Below are positions 46,519-46,542 of a stretch of 46,542 bases of DNA, one piece after another; the stretch's first letter is position 1; each line of letters opens with the position of its first letter. The position numbers and the translations under genes are program-made. The stretch comes from a virus: the IMG/VR virus record IMGVR_UViG_3300045988_082870, positions 1-46,542 of that record; one strand, written 5' to 3'. The notes under the pieces are model-generated. The model was not told where the DNA came from. It did not search any database and saw only the letters and a list, made by a program, of their open reading frames with translations.

Positions 46519-46542
46519 ATCAACATTTTTGAAAACAGATAA
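46488..46542. repeat. Second copy of the 55-bp terminal repeat
   Basis: Identical to 1..55. Confidence 0.95.

Noticed and set aside
1-46542. Search for a lysogeny module (integrase, excisionase, attP), tRNA genes, a reverse transcriptase/DGR and stop-codon recoding.
   Set aside because: I recognised no tyrosine or serine recombinase motifs, no tRNA-like cloverleaf segments and no RT motifs. All large genes are intact under the standard code. The Cro-like HTH and LuxR-type genes alone do not establish a temperate lifestyle. Absence by eye is not proof, and HMM searches should confirm it.

Overview
The window is an essentially complete, circularly closed tailed-phage genome. Its unique length is 46,487 bp, because bases 1-55 are repeated exactly at 46488-46542. 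About 75 protein-coding genes are packed head-to-tail on the minus strand. The only convincing plus-strand gene is a small LuxR-type regulator (6837..7133). Reading in the direction of transcription (high to low coordinates, wrapping through position 1), the modules are as follows. (i) An early unit from promoter D: an unknown 109-aa protein, a Cro/XRE-like HTH, a PD-(D/E)XK exonuclease fused to an HNH module, and a putative annealing partner. It continues with wHTH proteins, a replication initiator carrying an internal iteron array, and a RuvC-like resolvase. (ii) A second early unit from promoter C: an SMC/Rad50-like ATPase, an HNH/NinG-like nuclease, many unknowns, a DUF4406-like protein, an SSB-like protein and an ASCH protein. 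(iii) A ParB-domain DNA methyltransferase. (iv) Packaging genes: TerS, a zinc-ribbon protein, and a TerL interrupted by an intein. (v) Morphogenesis genes: portal, scaffold, capsid, connector-region proteins, tape measure, distal tail proteins, and a tail fibre with an SGNH-type esterase domain. (vi) An accessory island holding the LuxR gene and a very unusual Gly/Cys-rich protein. (vii) A lysis cassette of holin, an inserted HNH homing endonuclease, a GH24-type endolysin and a unimolecular spanin. (viii) A third early-type unit from promoter B made of six small genes. Intergenic promoters match the Bacteroidota -33 TTTG / N19 / -7 TAnnTTTG architecture and Shine-Dalgarno sequences are absent, so a Bacteroidota host is inferred. 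I found no integrase, tRNA, CRISPR array or reverse transcriptase. The most notable observations follow. Three near-identical early promoter-plus-leader-hairpin cassettes are present. A family of intergenic GNRA-tetraloop hairpins shows strand-specific compensatory changes. A candidate ~80-nt sRNA has its own promoter and terminator. TerL carries a class-3-like (WCT) LAGLIDADG intein in its P-loop. There are two NUMOD4-HNH homing endonuclease modules, one of them fused in frame to the exonuclease. The holin promoter is enclosed by a 15-bp inverted repeat. A palindromic face-to-face promoter pair sits between the LuxR gene and the Gly/Cys-rich protein gene. All functional calls come from motifs read by eye; no database search was possible.
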